A stretch of DNA of 64,000 nt from Pseudomonadales bacterium (GTDB lineage: Bacteria > Pseudomonadota > Gammaproteobacteria > Pseudomonadales > JAHRWD01), in assembly GCA_016763075.1 (NCBI GenBank), contig JAESUM010000086.1, positions 26 to 64,025 of the forward strand, in the 5' to 3' direction. A model generated the notes under the pieces. That model made no database searches and had not been told where the DNA came from. It worked only from the letters and a program-made list of their open reading frames with translations. Positions 39,007 to 49,209 of the stretch are shown piece after piece. Numbering within the stretch: the first letter of the stretch is position 1; every line of letters begins with the position of its first letter. The translations under genes and the position numbers were made by a program.

Positions 39007-40500
39007 ATGTTGTTATCTTCTACCAAAAACGATTGGCTCGGTAATATTAGAGGCGATACCCTAGCCGGGTTAGTCGTCGCACTGGCACTCATTCCAGAGG
39101 CGATTGCCTTCTCCATTATCGCTGGAGTAGACCCAAAAGTAGGGCTTTACGCATCGTTTTGTATTGCGGTTGTCATCGCATTCACCGGTGGCCGTCCCGG
39201 AATGATTTCTGCTGCCACTGGAGCCATGGCACTACTAATGGTAACGCTGGTAAAAGAGCATGGCCTTGAATACCTGTTGGCGGCAACGCTGCTCACCGGT
39301 GTGTTCCAAATTTGCGCTGGGTATTTACGCCTTGGCAGCCTAATGCGCTTCGTATCGCGCTCGGTGGTCACAGGGTTTGTAAATGCTCTCGCGATACTTA
39401 TTTTTATGGCGCAGCTGCCTGAACTCACCAATGTAACTTGGCATGTCTATGCCATGACCGCTGCCGGATTGGGCGTTATTTACCTATTTCCATTGTTGCC
39501 TGTAGTAGGCAAAGCACTGCCTTCGCCGCTGATATGCATTCTTTCAATGACGGCTATCGCGATATTCTTTGGGGTTGATATTCGCACCGTTGGCGACATG
39601 GGTGAGCTACCGGACACGCTGCCTATTTTCCTATGGCCTGATGTACCTCTTACGCTAGAAACACTGTTCATCGTATTGCCCTACGCGCTAGCCTTGGCGA
39701 TAGTTGGTTTACTTGAATCTATGATGACCGCCAGTATTGTCGATGATTTAACCGACACCACAAGCGACAAAAACCGCGAGTGCAAAGGCCAAGGCATTGC
39801 TAACATCGGTGCTGGTTTAATGGGTGGCATGGCCGGTTGCGCGATGATTGGCCAATCTGTGATTAACGTTAAATCCGGTGGTCGCGGGCGTCTATCTACG
39901 CTCATTGCCGGGTTATTTTTAATTATCATGGTGGTGTTTCTCGACGACTGGATCAGCCAAATACCCATGGCGGCACTGGTGGCCGTTATGATCATGGTTT
40001 CGATCGGAACCTTCTCGTGGACATCCATTATCGACCTGAATAAAAGCCCGCTTTCCAGCAACATTGTGATGATATCTACGGTAGTTGTAGTAGTCTTCAC
40101 CCATAACTTAGCCCTGGGTGTGCTGGTTGGCGTATTGCTAGCCGCACTGTTTTTTGCCAATAAAATTGGCCGCTACATGGCCGTTAAAAGCATTCAAGGT
40201 GAAAAAGACTGCACCCGTACTTACCGCGTAGTGGGCCAAGTATTTTTTGCATCGTCGGAGCAGTTCATTGATTCCTTCGACTTTTTAGAAGTATTAGAAG
40301 AGGTCACTATTGATGTCAGCCATGCTCATTTTTGGGACATCACCGCAGTTGCTGCGCTAGACAAAGTAGTGCTTAAATTTCGCCGTGAAGGCGCAGTAGT
40401 CGATGTCATTGGCATGAACGAAGCCACGGCTACTATTGTTGATGGCTTTGGAGTGCACGACAAACCTGATCACGTTGAACAACTGCTCGAATCACACTAA
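39007..40500 (+). CDS. SulP/SLC26 family anion transporter with STAS domain
   Basis: [29 protein letters not shown] and C-terminal VFFAS...WDITA STAS domain. Confidence 0.93.
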   Translation: MLLSSTKNDWLGNIRGDTLAGLVVALALIPEAIAFSIIAGVDPKVGLYASFCIAVVIAFTGGRPGMISAATGAMALLMVTLVKEHGLEYLLAATLLTGVFQICAGYLRLGSLMRFVSRSVVTGFVNALAILIFMAQLPELTNVTWHVYAMTAAGLGVIYLFPLLPVVGKALPSPLICILSMTAIAIFFGVDIRTVGDMGELPDTLPIFLWPDVPLTLETLFIVLPYALALAIVGLLESMMTASIVDDLTDTTSDKNRECKGQGIANIGAGLMGGMAGCAMIGQSVINVKSGGRGRLSTLIAGLFLIIMVVFLDDWISQIPMAALVAVMIMVSIGTFSWTSIIDLNKSPLSSNIVMISTVVVVVFTHNLALGVLVGVLLAALFFANKIGRYMAVKSIQGEKDCTRTYRVVGQVFFASSEQFIDSFDFLEVLEEVTIDVSHAHFWDITAVAALDKVVLKFRREGAVVDVIGMNEATATIVDGFGVHDKPDHVEQLLESH

Positions 40501-40510
40501 GGAGAAATAC

Positions 40511-41362
40511 GTGGCTAATATCGTAACTTGCATTGATGGATCAAACCTTGCGGATGCTGTATCGGATGCGGGCATATGGGTAAGTCAGCGTCTAAGCGCT
40601 CCGCTGCAAATGCTCCACGTATTAGATAAAGGCGAACCGCACTCCAGCGCAAACCTGTCTGGCAATATTGTGCCTGAAGGTCGCCGAAAGCTACTTAAAG
40701 AGCTGGTTAACTTGGAAGAAAAACATGCAAAACTGGCCCTAGAAGCAGGCAAACACATGCTTGAAGATGCGCGCCAGCGCGCTGCGGACCAAGGCATAGA
40801 GCATGTCGCTATTACGCAGCGTCACGGGACGTTGTCGGAATCATTAATCGACATTAGCGACGATATGACCATGGTTGTCATCGGGCAACGTGGCGAGTCC
40901 CAGCGCAGCAAAAAATTAGCTATTGGCAGCCAAATTGAAAGCGTGATTCGTACTTCACGCAAACCTATTTTGATCGTGCCAGAAAACTTCACCAAACCTA
41001 CGCGCTTTCTGATTGCCTATGACGGCCGTGAAGTTACCGAAAAAGCAATTGACGAACTGATTAGTAGCGCGCTGTTAAAGAGCCTTGACTGCCACATTAT
41101 TTCGGTTAAAAACAACAACAAAGAGCGACAGCCAGCCTTAGATAAAGCCGCCGAAAAACTTACCAATGCCGGCTTTGACGTGCGCGCCGAGGTGGTTGAA
41201 GGTAATATTCAAACCGCTCTAAACACCTATATACAAGAACATTCGATAGAGCTGCTGGTGATGGGGGCCTACGGTCACTCACGCCTGCACCAGCTTTTTG
41301 TTGGAAGTCACACAACCAATATGGTTCGCCAAAGTGACATACCTGTGTTGATTGCCAAGTAA
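40511..41362 (+). CDS. Tandem-domain universal stress protein
   Basis: CIDGS, GSQIESVIR, AYDG and MGAYGHSR...GS; AAGGAG RBS with GTG start at 40511. Confidence 0.9.
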   Translation: MANIVTCIDGSNLADAVSDAGIWVSQRLSAPLQMLHVLDKGEPHSSANLSGNIVPEGRRKLLKELVNLEEKHAKLALEAGKHMLEDARQRAADQGIEHVAITQRHGTLSESLIDISDDMTMVVIGQRGESQRSKKLAIGSQIESVIRTSRKPILIVPENFTKPTRFLIAYDGREVTEKAIDELISSALLKSLDCHIISVKNNNKERQPALDKAAEKLTNAGFDVRAEVVEGNIQTALNTYIQEHSIELLVMGAYGHSRLHQLFVGSHTTNMVRQSDIPVLIAK

Positions 41363-41948
41363 CACCTTTGGGGCGTTAGCACGACACACCGTATTCAATT
41401 TTTTGCTGGGCAATGTTCATTGAAAAATTGCAGTCATAACGACTGGCGGTTTTAAAATACAAGCAATGCATCGCCCCTACTGACTTGGCCAACGCACCGC
41501 TGCAGTCATCTGGTTACCGGCGTAACCTTCATCGCCTCGTACACGCTTTTAGCGCTGTTGCCGCTTAGCTGAATTCTATAATGCGAATCTTGTGCTTTGC
41601 TCACCATGCCAGCTCTGGTTAGCGCAAAAACCCCTTCAATATCTTGCCATTTTATCGCAATAAACATTGGCCGAAAAACCCAGTGCTAGCACTAATATAC
41701 CTACTCTCATACCACCTCCGTGGTGCGCACACGCTCTGAAATGGCTCAATTTCTTATTCGCCCTTTCTATGCAAAAGTGCGGTTTATGTTGCTCATGGTA
41801 CATGCTTAGCTTTACCAACCCGCGTTACCAACCATCATGCAATTTATTACAACATACGTTGGCTGAGTGTGCGTACGTTGGGGTATCGTTCTGGTGAAGG
41901 CTATGTATGAAACGTATAATCATCAAACTTGATTAGCCTCTTTTTTAG

Positions 41949-42713
41949 TTGCATCACCTAACAGATCAAAAGGACCGTTCAGTGGGATTTGAAAGCATGG
42001 CTGCACCAGTACTGGCACTGTTCATTGGATTAATTTCTTTAATGATGGGCCACGATGCCAAATATCAAAGGCTGCTCAGCGGCACGTTGGTGCTAGCACT
42101 TGTTGCGGTATGTTACCTGGGCATTAGCTCCAACATGGCTGCAACTGACGAAACCAAAGCGCAAAAAACCATCAGTTCAACGCTGCGCGGGCAAAATACA
42201 AATTTATTGGAGTTATTGGCTAAGTTTAAACAAGACACCGGACTGAGTCTTGAAGCCATCATTAGCAAGCTCGATAACTGGCTGATAAACCCCTCATCGG
42301 TGAGTACCGTATCTTTAAAACAGGCTGTCTTAGCCAATGAATCGATGGAAATTTACGCCGCCGATATTCCCACCAATACCACCACGCAAATCAAATATTA
42401 CGTAAAAGAGATCGATAACCAAACGGTACTGGCTAGCCTTACGGCAAAGGGCCTAACGGTAGCCCAAGGCAAAGCCACTCTTGATAAGGATAAAACCAAT
42501 GCCATCTGGTTTGGCGAGCAGGTCAGCCTTCAAGAGGTGAAGTACGTGGCCATGGCACTGATCAGAGCCGGGGTTCAGATCACCACCATCAAACCGTTTT
42601 CAGGATCAGGCAGAAAACCTCGACTGATAGAAATTGGCAGCGACAGAGCGTTCATCAGTGGCTCAGCCATCACCGTGAAGCAAGTAAACGCTGCCGCCAA
42701 GTATAGTCGCTAA
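41949..42713 (+). CDS. Hypothetical membrane protein with a soluble C-terminal domain
   Basis: 254-aa ORF with two hydrophobic helices, then TNAIWFG...ALIRAGV domain; start uncertain. Confidence 0.6.
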   Translation: MHHLTDQKDRSVGFESMAAPVLALFIGLISLMMGHDAKYQRLLSGTLVLALVAVCYLGISSNMAATDETKAQKTISSTLRGQNTNLLELLAKFKQDTGLSLEAIISKLDNWLINPSSVSTVSLKQAVLANESMEIYAADIPTNTTTQIKYYVKEIDNQTVLASLTAKGLTVAQGKATLDKDKTNAIWFGEQVSLQEVKYVAMALIRAGVQITTIKPFSGSGRKPRLIEIGSDRAFISGSAITVKQVNAAAKYSR

Positions 42714-42716
42714 AAC

Positions 42717-42938
42717 TTACTGCAAACTGTCTTCAATAAACTGAAATCGTTTAAAGCGCTTACCTTCACGCTCGATGGTTTCTACAAACATATCCAATGG
42801 CCTAATCCACAAACCACCTTCGCCATACAGCGCTTTATAAAGCACGTGGTCTTCTTGGGTTTCGCTGTGCTTAACCACGCCAAGCACCTCGTAGCGGTTC
42901 CCTTTAAAGTGTTGGTACAGTCCGGTTTGAATAGTCAT
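42717..42938 (-). CDS. DUF1653 domain protein
   Basis: YQHFKG.RY, HSET, YKALYG and WIRPLDMF. Confidence 0.9.
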   Translation of the reverse strand: MTIQTGLYQHFKGNRYEVLGVVKHSETQEDHVLYKALYGEGGLWIRPLDMFVETIEREGKRFKRFQFIEDSLQ

Positions 42939-43081
42939 CGTAAACCCTTAATGAGTGGATGCTGCAGGTAGGCAGTACATCTTGCTTGATAGGCACGCGG
43001 CAGATACTTCTTTGATACCAAAGATTCAGGAATCTGTACAAGTTGCTGAGAAACTCCCCGTGCTGACCCTAAAGCGCAGTC

Positions 43082-43120
43082 AAAAAAAAACCGGCCAGAG
43101 CATAAGCTCTAACCGGTTTT
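43082..43120 (-). terminator. Rho-independent terminator after tRNA-Arg
   Basis: Minus strand CCGGTTAGAGC-ttat-GCTCTGGCCGG followed by T9. Confidence 0.88.
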
Positions 43121-43134
43121 CTAATACTCTTATT

Positions 43135-43211
43135 TGGTGCGCCCGGCACGATTCGAACGTGCGACCCCCTGGTTCGTAGCCAGGTACTCTATCCAGCTGA
43201 GCTACGGGCGC
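43135..43211 (-). tRNA. tRNA-Arg (ACG)
   Basis: GCGCCCGTAGCTCAGCTGGATAGAGTACCTGGCTACGAACCAGG...GTTCGAATCGTGCCGGGCGCACCA, 77 nt. Confidence 0.98.
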
Positions 43212-43222
43212 TAAGGGGGCGT

Positions 43223-43251
43223 ACTATATTGAAAGAGCCTGTTTGCGTCAA
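43223..43251 (-). promoter_or_regulatory. sigma70 promoter of tRNA-Arg
   Basis: TTGACG-17 bp-TATAGT followed by GC-rich ACGCCCCC. Confidence 0.75.
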
Positions 43252-43288
43252 GGTGAACAGCCTTTATCTTTCAATAATATACGCGGTT

Positions 43289-44002
43289 TTAGTCAAGCTT
43301 AACGCCGATCCTACGAGCGACTGCTTCGTAAGACTCAACCACGTCACCAAGACCTTGACGAAAACGATCTTTATCGAGTTTTTCGCGGGTTTCTACATCC
43401 CACAACCGGCATCCGTCTGGCGTGAATTCATCACCGAACATCACTTCGCCGTCGTACAAACCAAACTCGAGTTTGTAATCTACCAGCAAGATTCCGGCAT
43501 CAAGAAACAACTTCTGTAGAATGCCGTTAACCTTAAATGTCAGCTCCTTCATTCGTTCAACGTGGGACGCTTCAGCCCAGCCAAATGACTCAATGTGGTA
43601 TTCATTGATCATAGGGTCGCCGAGGTCATCGTTTTTAAGGAAAAACTCAAAAGTAGGTGGATTCAAATCCAGCCCGTCTTCAACTCCAAGGCGACGGCAG
43701 AGGCTACCGGTCGAGATGTTTCGCACAACACATTCGATCGGAAACATATCCAATTTTTTGACCAAAGACTCTTCATCAGACAACAGTTTAATAAAGTGAG
43801 TGGCGATGCCTGCCTCTTCTAATTTCTCAGATATAAAGGCGTTAAACAGGTTATTAACCTTTCCTTTACGATCTAGCTTCTCAATTTTTTTGCCATCAAA
43901 AGCCGAGGTGTCGTTCCGAAAATGCAGAATTAACGCTTTTTCGTCATCGGTTTTGAATACAGATTTTGCTTTTCCTGCGTAGAGTTCATCCCGTTTTTGC
44001 AT
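43289..44002 (-). CDS. purC: SAICAR synthetase
   Basis: LYAGKAK, ECVVRN, DYKLEFG, DGCRLWD and DKDRFR. Confidence 0.97.
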   Translation of the reverse strand: MQKRDELYAGKAKSVFKTDDEKALILHFRNDTSAFDGKKIEKLDRKGKVNNLFNAFISEKLEEAGIATHFIKLLSDEESLVKKLDMFPIECVVRNISTGSLCRRLGVEDGLDLNPPTFEFFLKNDDLGDPMINEYHIESFGWAEASHVERMKELTFKVNGILQKLFLDAGILLVDYKLEFGLYDGEVMFGDEFTPDGCRLWDVETREKLDKDRFRQGLGDVVESYEAVARRIGVKLD

Positions 44003-44035
44003 GGGGTTCTCCGTAATTTAAATAGTTAAAAATGA

Positions 44036-44797
44036 TTATTGAATGTGACGCCAGCCCAGACCTTCTTCCTGATCTGCGACATCGATGTATTCTGGTGGGC
44101 AGTGCAGCACTGAAATCAGTGCATCCTTTGCCTTGTCTAAACAGTTGTTCTTTTCGCTCACATGCGCGATGGCAATGTGCTGTAGCCAACTGTGATCAAT
44201 CGCGGCCAGAAACTCCGCCGATTGCTGGTTATTTAAGTGTCCGTATCCGCCGGATATCCGCCGAATTAACGAGGCCGGGTAGTTACCCGAATGCAGCATA
44301 TCAACGTCATGATTACACTCCAGTAACAGTGCATCACAACGTGCAAAATGGTTTACCACCGGCTGGGTAATTTTGCCCAGATCAGTCAATAATCCAAAAT
44401 TGATATCGCCGTCGCTGAGTAAAAACTGGCAAGGTTCAACGGCATCATGCGGAACGGCAACCGGCCGAACTTGTAAATCGTTTATCTCGAAGGGTTGGTC
44501 CGCGTCAATAAAATGCGGCGAATAGCCTTCAAAATGGCGGTAACTGCGAAACGTGCCTTCTGTCATCCACAATGCCGTACCGTGTTTTTTAGCAAACATT
44601 GGAGCGCCACGTACGTGGTCTCCATGTTCATGGGTGATCAGTATCGCGTCGATATCGCCAGGTGTTTTGCCTAACCGCTCTAAACGACGGCTGGTCTCTT
44701 TCAAGCTAAAGCCGCAGTCTATTAGCACGCTGGTATTGCCGTGCTCCACGATCGTAGCATTACCCCGGCTGCCGCTACCTAGTGAGGCAAACCTCAT
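44036..44797 (-). CDS. MBL-fold metallohydrolase (YycJ/WalJ-like)
   Basis: LGSGSRGN, THEHGDH, HDA, ECNHD and GHL.N. Confidence 0.9.
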   Translation of the reverse strand: MRFASLGSGSRGNATIVEHGNTSVLIDCGFSLKETSRRLERLGKTPGDIDAILITHEHGDHVRGAPMFAKKHGTALWMTEGTFRSYRHFEGYSPHFIDADQPFEINDLQVRPVAVPHDAVEPCQFLLSDGDINFGLLTDLGKITQPVVNHFARCDALLLECNHDVDMLHSGNYPASLIRRISGGYGHLNNQQSAEFLAAIDHSWLQHIAIAHVSEKNNCLDKAKDALISVLHCPPEYIDVADQEEGLGWRHIQ

Positions 44798-44830
44798 TGA
44801 CGACCGACATAGCCTTTATATAGCATCAAA

Positions 44831-45910
44831 TCAGCCTAATCGAGACTCAAGGTCTTTAAGGAATGTTTCCGCTTGTTCGTTAAATTCTTCTTTATTTTCA
44901 ACGTTTTCTATTTCTAAGAGAACCTGAACACCGCCTTCTACAGGCTTAACTTGCAGCCATATACTAGGGGGTTTTTGCGTATTGGCACTTGAGAACATGC
45001 TCGCAAAAAATCCAGGCTTCTCCAAAGGAATGACGTTCAGGGCATTCAAATAATAACGGCCGGCACTCCTATCTTTGTCCTCGATTTTCACTTCTAAATC
45101 ATTCAATGCTGGCGCTAATAGTGACCAGGCCCTCGGGAAATCGGTCCCTATAAATAGTAGAGGCACCCGTTCTTTTGTTTGTTTTACATGGGTACGATTG
45201 CCAGAAGAAAGGTTTCTGGCAAGAAAGGAAACCGCGGTATCTGCAGGATCAATACTTGCAGCTAAAACTTCGTGAATGCTATCGAGTTTAAACTTCCAAA
45301 CGCCCTTAGGTCCTTCTACATTGCCGACAACCTGAACCCAATCTGTTTGGCTTTTGGTTTGGCGGAACAATCTAATTTCTGTAATACCGGCACGAATCCC
45401 TTCTTGTACCGTAGCCTTTACCCTAACAGGCTCACCGACATGGGTATTGCTTACCCAATCGGAAATTACGATGCCATTTTTAGGCTGGATATCAACCAAG
45501 TGAACCTGTTCACCTTCAAAATAGGCGAGTAGTTTGATCCACACCTCTTCTGGTGGCAGCAATACCAACACCCATTGATCCGTTTCACTTTCGCGAAGCA
45601 AAACAGTTTCTTTGCTTTTTACCGTCATCAATGGCTGAGTGCGGGGCATTTTATATTCGCTACCCTCAAATATTGCGGTATCGCGGGATACTTCGGGAAT
45701 GATCAGAAGCTCGTCAACGACTCTGAGTTCGAAGTGATCCGGCAGCTCTAATGGCTTTGTTCGCGGCTGTTCGACTTGGTAGTCGTGCATATGGTCGCGC
45801 ACGCCGGGGATAATTCCACAGCCGCTTTGAATGCTTATAAGCGCCGCTACAACAAGGGAGAACATCCATTTACCCATCAATCGATTCGATCTAATCACAT
45901 CATATCTCAT
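44831..45910 (-). CDS. bamC: Outer membrane assembly lipoprotein BamC (NlpB/DapX)
   Basis: Lipobox QSGC, F.RAW and DKDRS.G.YY; canonical position after dapA. Confidence 0.8.
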   Translation of the reverse strand: MRYDVIRSNRLMGKWMFSLVVAALISIQSGCGIIPGVRDHMHDYQVEQPRTKPLELPDHFELRVVDELLIIPEVSRDTAIFEGSEYKMPRTQPLMTVKSKETVLLRESETDQWVLVLLPPEEVWIKLLAYFEGEQVHLVDIQPKNGIVISDWVSNTHVGEPVRVKATVQEGIRAGITEIRLFRQTKSQTDWVQVVGNVEGPKGVWKFKLDSIHEVLAASIDPADTAVSFLARNLSSGNRTHVKQTKERVPLLFIGTDFPRAWSLLAPALNDLEVKIEDKDRSAGRYYLNALNVIPLEKPGFFASMFSSANTQKPPSIWLQVKPVEGGVQVLLEIENVENKEEFNEQAETFLKDLESRLG

Positions 45911-45937
45911 AGGTTATTCGTAATTACTGGCTCGCGT

Positions 45938-46822
45938 TTACAACAAGCTTGCGTCGGCCAATGTTGTGCTCAGAGGGCCACGGCATGGCTCTGATAACGG
46001 TGTTAAGGGCAACCGAATGCCGGCGGAGATCATACCCATTTGGTGCAGCGCCCATTTCACTGGGATGGGGTTTGATTCTACGAATAAGGCTGAATGTAGC
46101 GGTTTAATTTGGCCATCTAACAACCGTGCTTTGTCTGCATCACCGGCCAATGCAGCGGCGCAGGCTTTGCTCATGGTAGCCGGTGCAACATTGGCGGTAA
46201 CCGATATATTGCCTTTTGCGCCGCGTAGAATTAGCTCAATAGCGGTGGGGTCGTCGCCGGAATACACCATAAAATTGGGGTTTACCGCCTCACATCTTTT
46301 CATCACTTCAACACCACGCTCTACATCGCCGGTCGCTTCTTTTATACCAATAATGTTGGTAAGCATCGCAAGGCGTTCAACGGTTTGCGGTAACATGTCA
46401 CAAGCGGTTCGGCCCGACACGTTGTATAAAATTTGCGGTACGTCCACGGCTTCAGCAATCAGTTTGAAATGCTGATACAACCCTTCTTGTGTCTGTTTGT
46501 TGTAGTACGGCGTGACCAATAAGCAGGCATCTACCCCTAGGTATTTGGCTGCACTTGTGAGATCAATGGCTTCTTTTGTGCTGTTCGCACCGGTACCTGC
46601 AATCACTGGGATTCGCCCAGCGCTAACCGCAACAATGCGTTGCACTATTTCGCAATGTTCATCAAATTCCAGGGTGGCTGATTCCCCAGTGGTGCCAACC
46701 GCGACAATCGCGTCAGTACCTTGCGCAATGTGAAACTCGACCAGTTGATCAAGCTCTTCCCACAACACGTCGCCCGAAGAATCCATCGGTGTTACCAACG
46801 CAACAATACTACCGGTAATCAT
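45938..46822 (-). CDS. dapA: 4-hydroxy-tetrahydrodipicolinate synthase
   Basis: GTTGES, PYYNK, LYNV, GIKEA, SGDD and NPIPVK. Confidence 0.97.
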   Translation of the reverse strand: MITGSIVALVTPMDSSGDVLWEELDQLVEFHIAQGTDAIVAVGTTGESATLEFDEHCEIVQRIVAVSAGRIPVIAGTGANSTKEAIDLTSAAKYLGVDACLLVTPYYNKQTQEGLYQHFKLIAEAVDVPQILYNVSGRTACDMLPQTVERLAMLTNIIGIKEATGDVERGVEVMKRCEAVNPNFMVYSGDDPTAIELILRGAKGNISVTANVAPATMSKACAAALAGDADKARLLDGQIKPLHSALFVESNPIPVKWALHQMGMISAGIRLPLTPLSEPCRGPLSTTLADASLL

Positions 46823-47018
46823 AGGATTCTCCGCTCAAAAACCCGCTATGGTACTGATACCCGAAGGCAAGTACAAGACTAGAAAATACTGGTTTGCGTG
46901 AGTGCAAACCCCCTCCTCTTTGTTGACGCTTATTCAGCACAAATAAGGCCCCAAAGTAATACCTGTTGTGAGCCCATACACTGAGTTTATAGGCTGTGCA
47001 TCAACCTGCAAAACCAAC

Positions 47019-47825
47019 CTATACATAGCTCGAAGCCACCCAAAATAACAAACCGCCAAATACCACGCGATAAGCAACAAACGGCATAAAACCGATCCTA
47101 TCAAGCAGCTTTAAAAACCAGTGAATACAAATGTATGCACTCACGGCCGCAAAGCCTGCTCCAATCAACAAGTCTTGCCACAATCCGACTTGTTTAGTTT
47201 CTACTAGTTCCAGCGACATCAGTAGCCCTGCACCTAATATCGTTGGGATAGAAAGCAAGAACGAAAACCGCGCCGCGGATTCACGCGTAAAGCCCAATAA
47301 CAGCGCACAGGTAATGGTAATGCCTGAACGCGAAGTGCCAGGAATAAGCGCCACCGCTTGGGCCAGGCCAATCATCAGCGCGATCTTCCAGCTCATTTGT
47401 TCGATACCGAGCCTTTTATTGCCTTTAATATCGGCAAACAGCAGCAACAAACCAAACACAATACTGGTCGCTGCAATGACTTCAATAGTACGTAAATGGG
47501 TACCGATGATATCGCTCATCAGCAAACCCGCCACAACCGCAGGAAGCGTACCTAGGATCACTGCCCAACCTAATTGGGCCTCGGGGCTCGGTATGCGCTT
47601 AAAAACCTGGGCAAACCAACCTCGTAGAATCGCGTTTACATCTTTACGAAAATAAACCAATACCGCCAATAACGTACCAACGTGAACCGCAACGTCAAAT
47701 GCTAAACCCTGATCAGGCCAGCCAAATATCACTGCCGGCACTATCAAATGTCCGGAGCTTGAAACCGGTAAAAACTCCGTTAACCCTTGAACGACAGCGA
47801 GAAAAATCGCCTGAAATAAATCCAA
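47019..47825 (-). CDS. uppP: Undecaprenyl-diphosphatase
   Basis: QGLTEFLPVSSSGH, PGTSRSG and ARFSFLL. Confidence 0.96.
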   Translation of the reverse strand: MDLFQAIFLAVVQGLTEFLPVSSSGHLIVPAVIFGWPDQGLAFDVAVHVGTLLAVLVYFRKDVNAILRGWFAQVFKRIPSPEAQLGWAVILGTLPAVVAGLLMSDIIGTHLRTIEVIAATSIVFGLLLLFADIKGNKRLGIEQMSWKIALMIGLAQAVALIPGTSRSGITITCALLLGFTRESAARFSFLLSIPTILGAGLLMSLELVETKQVGLWQDLLIGAGFAAVSAYICIHWFLKLLDRIGFMPFVAYRVVFGGLLFWVASSYV

Positions 47826-47891
47826 TTTCTTAGTTTCCTAGCCTGTACATAACATGAAACACATGTGCATTATTTAATAAGCATCACGGTA

Positions 47892-48347
47892 TTATTCAGC
47901 AATACTGGGGCCGTTATAGGCGTAAAAAAACCAATTGCTTTTTGCTGTATTCATAGATTGGTACAGCTTATTGGCCGGCTCGTTATCTGGAGCGGTGACC
48001 CACTGCAACCGCGCAGCACCCTGGCGCATTACGTAGGTATAACAATGCTCGACCAACAACCGCCCTACTCCTTTACCGCGGCTAGCTTCCACGCAGTACA
48101 GGTCATTCAATATGCCCACTTTAGCGGGCAAGGTAGAATTATGACTAAAATACACCGTAGCGAAACCCAGCACGACGCCGTTATCTCGATACAAAAACTG
48201 GCAGCCCGCTGGGCTTGAATCACCAAACTGCGAAAAGAACGCTCGGTTACGTGAATCACAAATATCAGCTACTTTATAAAATTCTTGGTACTGCCTAATC
48301 ATCGGCAATATTTCTTCAATGTTGTCTGGCGATACCGCTTCAATCAC
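47892..48347 (-). CDS. GNAT family N-acetyltransferase
   Basis: LNDLY...RGKGVG acetyl-CoA motif A and TAPDN..A..LY. Confidence 0.88.
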   Translation of the reverse strand: MIEAVSPDNIEEILPMIRQYQEFYKVADICDSRNRAFFSQFGDSSPAGCQFLYRDNGVVLGFATVYFSHNSTLPAKVGILNDLYCVEASRGKGVGRLLVEHCYTYVMRQGAARLQWVTAPDNEPANKLYQSMNTAKSNWFFYAYNGPSIAE

Positions 48348-48448
48348 TGCTCATTCCTTTCGCAAACCTAATTATTTAATCTCGGCTATTCAATCTCGAT
48401 TAGTCCAACACTTATTGTAAGAGCGCTCATCCACACGACATATTTATG

Positions 48449-49201
48449 CTAACCAACGGGTGTTTTTTTGGCTGGCGTTTGCACCACTTTGTCGCGCAAA
48501 TACACCGGTTGAGCCTGCTCGGCGCTAACGGCTTTGCCTGCTTCATATTCGGGTAAAGCCAGTACTGCAATATCTTGTGCATCAGGGAACCACTGCTCTT
48601 CAACACCAGTGATTCGAGACTCAGGCAAAGCAATGCCTTCAAGTATTCTTTCTTGGTAACTCCAGCCGGTGCCCACCGCTGCCCAGTCTGAGGTAACCGA
48701 CTGACAAGAGGCTGGAAATACCGCTGCCTCAGGTGGGCACACTATTTCATCAACCAGTGGCTGCATATGATTTTGTTGATCTAATCCAAATACGCCCCAG
48801 TAAATCTCTTTCATTCTGGCGTCAATTACAGCCATGACTGCGGTTGCGCCAAGCTTACGGTGCGCACCTTGAGCCATAGCTCGCAGAGTTGAAACAGCCA
48901 CCACCGGGCAGTCAATCCCAAAGGCCAAACCCTGGGCTACGCCACAACCCACGCGCACACCCACAAACGAACCGGGGCCTCGGCCAAAGGCGATTAAATC
49001 GACCTGGCCTAATGTATTACCCGCTTCGGCCAGCACTTTTTCTACCATCGGTAAAATCACGTTATTGTGCTGCCGTACCGCGATTTGGCTATCGCTAACT
49101 ATTTCGGTTTTAGTTTCGGTTTCGGTTTTGCTTTTGGTTTGACGCAACAACGCAACTGAGCACGCTTCAGTTGAGCTATCGATGGCTAGAATGACGGTCA
49201 T
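48449..49201 (-). CDS. tsaB: tRNA t6A modification protein TsaB
   Basis: LAIDSS, GPGSFVGVR, DARMKE and PVYLR. Confidence 0.95.
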   Translation of the reverse strand: MTVILAIDSSTEACSVALLRQTKSKTETETKTEIVSDSQIAVRQHNNVILPMVEKVLAEAGNTLGQVDLIAFGRGPGSFVGVRVGCGVAQGLAFGIDCPVVAVSTLRAMAQGAHRKLGATAVMAVIDARMKEIYWGVFGLDQQNHMQPLVDEIVCPPEAAVFPASCQSVTSDWAAVGTGWSYQERILEGIALPESRITGVEEQWFPDAQDIAVLALPEYEAGKAVSAEQAQPVYLRDKVVQTPAKKTPVG

Positions 49202-49209
49202 GTAAGGTG

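Noticed and set aside
41721-41728. TGGTGCGC matching the tRNA-Arg 3' end as a possible att duplicate
   Set aside because: Only 8 bp; the same 8-mer occurs inside oadA at 10-17, and tRNA-Arg keeps its own terminator
45966-47655. Long antisense ORFs (45966-46475, 47131-47655; also 11210-11689 and 39681-40160)
   Set aside because: They are shadows of well-supported genes on the opposite strand, with no motifs of their own
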